DNA from: Spirochaetia bacterium
GTDB taxonomy: Bacteria > Spirochaetota > Spirochaetia > DSM-16054 > Sediminispirochaetaceae
Reading direction: 5' to 3'
Assembly (NCBI GenBank): GCA_034520965.1
Contig: JAXHMY010000003.1
Span: 544,001 to 608,000 of the forward strand
DNA length: 64,000 nucleotides
Of the stretch, positions 61,742-64,000 are shown piece by piece. Positions within the stretch are counted from its first letter, which is position 1. The number at the start of each line of letters is the position of its first letter. Position numbers and translations under genes: made by a program. The notes below the pieces were generated by a model. It saw only the letters and a list, made by a program, of their open reading frames with translations, did not search any database and was not told where the DNA came from.

Positions 61742-62742
61742 GTGGAACATACAGGAATCAAGGGACTGGGGCTTTACGTACCCGGAGAACCTATCGACAA
61801 TACCGAACTGCAGAGGCTTGCCGGTATCGAGTTTAATGTAGACAAAATAGAAAACAAAATCGGTATAAAAAGACGTCATATTGCAAAGCTGCGTAACACC
61901 GGCGAAACTACCGCCGATTTTGCTAGCAATGCCGCCCGGGAGGCCATCGAAGACGCGGGGATCGATCCGCAGGAGGTGGCCTATTTTATCGTCGGAACCG
62001 ATACTCCGGAATACATCTCCCCTTCCACCGCCATGCTCGTCCAAGGCCGCATCCAGGGGGGCCGAAAATATACCGGCTCCTTTGACATAGGCAGCTCGTG
62101 CGCGGGTTTCGTGACCGCCTATGATGCTGCATCCCGAATGCTTGCCGGGATCCCGAGGCTCGTTACGCGGTGGTAGTAGGGGTGTATAACATGCCCGCCT
62201 ATGTGCGTGACGGAGATGCCTTCGGCTATTCTATCTTTTCCGATGGAGCGGCTGCTTTTGTACTGGAAAAGCGTGATACCCAGAGCTATCTGGGAAGCCA
62301 GTTTATTACCGACGGTACGCAGTGGGACTATGTAGGGGTCTACGCCGGCGGAACAAGGATGCCGGTGACCCATAAGAGGCTAGAGGAGGGGGAATACGGC
62401 CTGCAGCTGCTGCAGCGCCTGCCGGGAGACCGCAACGTGAAGCTATGGCCGCCATTGGTCAAGCACCTTTTACAGAAAACCGGGGTAGAGCTCTCTGCGG
62501 TGGATCACCTCATTTTCACCCAGATCAACCGATCGGTTATCGAGCAGGTGATGGATATCCTCGAACTGCCGATGGAAAAGACCACCACCGTTATGGATAA
62601 ATACGGCTACACCGGTTCAGCCTGCGTTCCGATGGCCTTCTACGATGCGGTAAAAGCCGGCCGCATTAAACGGGGCGATACGGTTATGTTTGTGGCCTCC
62701 GGAGCCGGTTTAGCTGTGGGCAGCAATCTGTTTGTATATTAA
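61742..62742 (+). CDS. Second KAS III-like enzyme, non-canonical triad, frameshift near 62150
   Basis: SSCAGF, FSDGAAA, FTQIN and YGYTG motifs; GTG start after GGAGG. Confidence 0.85.
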
Positions 62743-62756
62743 AGGAGTTACAGGTT

Positions 62757-64000
62757 ATGAAAGACTGGAATAAAGATTACCAGCAACGACTCATTACTAC
62801 TGAAGAGGCGGTACGGCATATTAAATCTAATGACGATATTATCGTCGGCCAGTGTGCCTCTGAGCCTCAGGGGCTGATGTCGAAAATTCACACCATGCGT
62901 GACAAGGTGGAAGGGGTCAGAGTGTTTAGTGTGCTCACCCTTCAGGCCTACGATTTCTACATGAAACCTGAAATGGAAGGCCACTTTGAACTGGCAAGCT
63001 GGTTTCACGCTCCCGGTTCCCGCAAAGCCCTCAAGGCCGGACTAAGCACGGTAACTTACGTACCGAACATGCTTCACCGGGCGGCCATGGACCGTATACA
63101 GGCGAGGAGGCCGAATATTTTCTTTGGCACCTGCACCCCGCCGGATTCTAAAGGCTTTGTCTCGCTTTCCCTGGGAATTACCTATGAGAAGGACGTGCTG
63201 GAGGCGGCGGAACTGGTAGTGCTGGAGGTAAACAAGAACCTCCCCCGCACCTACGGGGACACCCATGTACACGTGGACGATGTGGACTACTTTGTCGAAA
63301 ATCATCAGGAACCACCTACCCTGCCCATGCCGGAACCGGACGAGACCGATCAGGCCATTGGAAACTACGTGGCCGAGCTGGTGGATGACGGCTCTACCAT
63401 CCAGCTGGGAATCGGAAACATCCCCAACGCGGCTGCCCTGGCCCTGCAAGGCAAGAAGGATCTGGGAGTACACACCGAAATGGTAGTTGATTCGATGGTA
63501 GATCTCCATGAACGGGGGGTTATTACCAATAAGAAAAAGAGCCTGTTTAAAGACAAATTTGTCTGCACCTTCGCTTTTGGTTCAAAAAAACTGTACGAAT
63601 GGCTCGATGATAACATGGCGGTGGAGTTTCAACGCGGCTCCTGGGTCAACGATCCGGCGGTTATCAGACAAAACTCCAGAATGGTCTCTCTTAACACCTG
63701 TTTAAATGTGGATATGACCGGACAGGTGGCCAGCGAATCAATCGGCACCACCCAGTATTCTGGTACGGGAGGGCAGACAGATACCGCGGTGGGAGCCAAA
63801 GAGGCCTATGACGGACTCGGCAAGTCGATTATTGCCTGCCGTTCAACTGCCAAGAACGGTACGCTCAGCACAATCACTCCCACCCTTCGTGAAGGTACTG
63901 CGGTTACCCTGCATCGGAGCAATGTCGACCATATCGTCACCGAGTACGGAATAGCCTACATGCGAGGACGAACGGTGCGGGAGCGGACAAGAAACCTAAT
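62757..64000 (+). CDS. Acetyl-CoA hydrolase/transferase family (4-hydroxybutyrate CoA-transferase-like), runs off the window
   Basis: Read manually: MKDWNKDYQ.., QLGIGNIP, GVHTEM and GQVASESIG..QYSGTGGQ. Confidence 0.9.
   Translation, partial: MKDWNKDYQQRLITTEEAVRHIKSNDDIIVGQCASEPQGLMSKIHTMRDKVEGVRVFSVLTLQAYDFYMKPEMEGHFELASWFHAPGSRKALKAGLSTVTYVPNMLHRAAMDRIQARRPNIFFGTCTPPDSKGFVSLSLGITYEKDVLEAAELVVLEVNKNLPRTYGDTHVHVDDVDYFVENHQEPPTLPMPEPDETDQAIGNYVAELVDDGSTIQLGIGNIPNAAALALQGKKDLGVHTEMVVDSMVDLHERGVITNKKKSLFKDKFVCTFAFGSKKLYEWLDDNMAVEFQRGSWVNDPAVIRQNSRMVSLNTCLNVDMTGQVASESIGTTQYSGTGGQTDTAVGAKEAYDGLGKSIIACRSTAKNGTLSTITPTLREGTAVTLHRSNVDHIVTEYGIAYMRGRTVRERTRNL

Noticed and set aside
1..64000. CRISPR array, tRNA/rRNA, prophage, integrase, reverse transcriptase
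   Set aside because: No regularly spaced repeats or recognisable motifs seen by eye

Overview
This is a 64-kb chromosomal window, most likely from an anaerobic Spirochaetia genome. The evidence is the xGGQxE N-termini on four solute-binding proteins, spirochaete-type lipoprotein and vWA genes, and a long-type Pfk. About a dozen unrelated genes carry single-base frameshifts, which looks like uncorrected long-read error. In order, the window holds: argG-pgi, pfk, an adenylate cyclase, a PAS-GGDEF-EAL gene, a gpgS operon, a sugar ABC transporter with a three-component sensor, a sulfoquinovose-type cluster (GH31, ABC transporter, ROK regulator, split transketolase, RpiB, CoA-acylating ALDH, SCS-like ligase, DASS transporter), a MazF-type TA pair, Uma2, and a GntR-Dpp-M20 operon. 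It ends with a co-regulated cluster of a porin, a Liv-type ABC transporter whose permease is fused to an alpha/beta hydrolase, FabG/PhaB, two non-canonical KAS-III enzymes and a CoA transferase. Three candidates for novelty stand out. (1) An unannotated ~210-nt minus-strand sRNA between pgi and pfk, with its own promoter and terminator and exposed anti-Shine-Dalgarno/anti-start-codon motifs. (2) The putative ester-uptake/KAS-III system with four copies of a shared operator. (3) A sulfo-transketolase cluster with no recognisable SQ isomerase and a variant SQase motif. No rRNA, tRNA, CRISPR array or transposase was seen. All family assignments come from motif recognition, not database searches.
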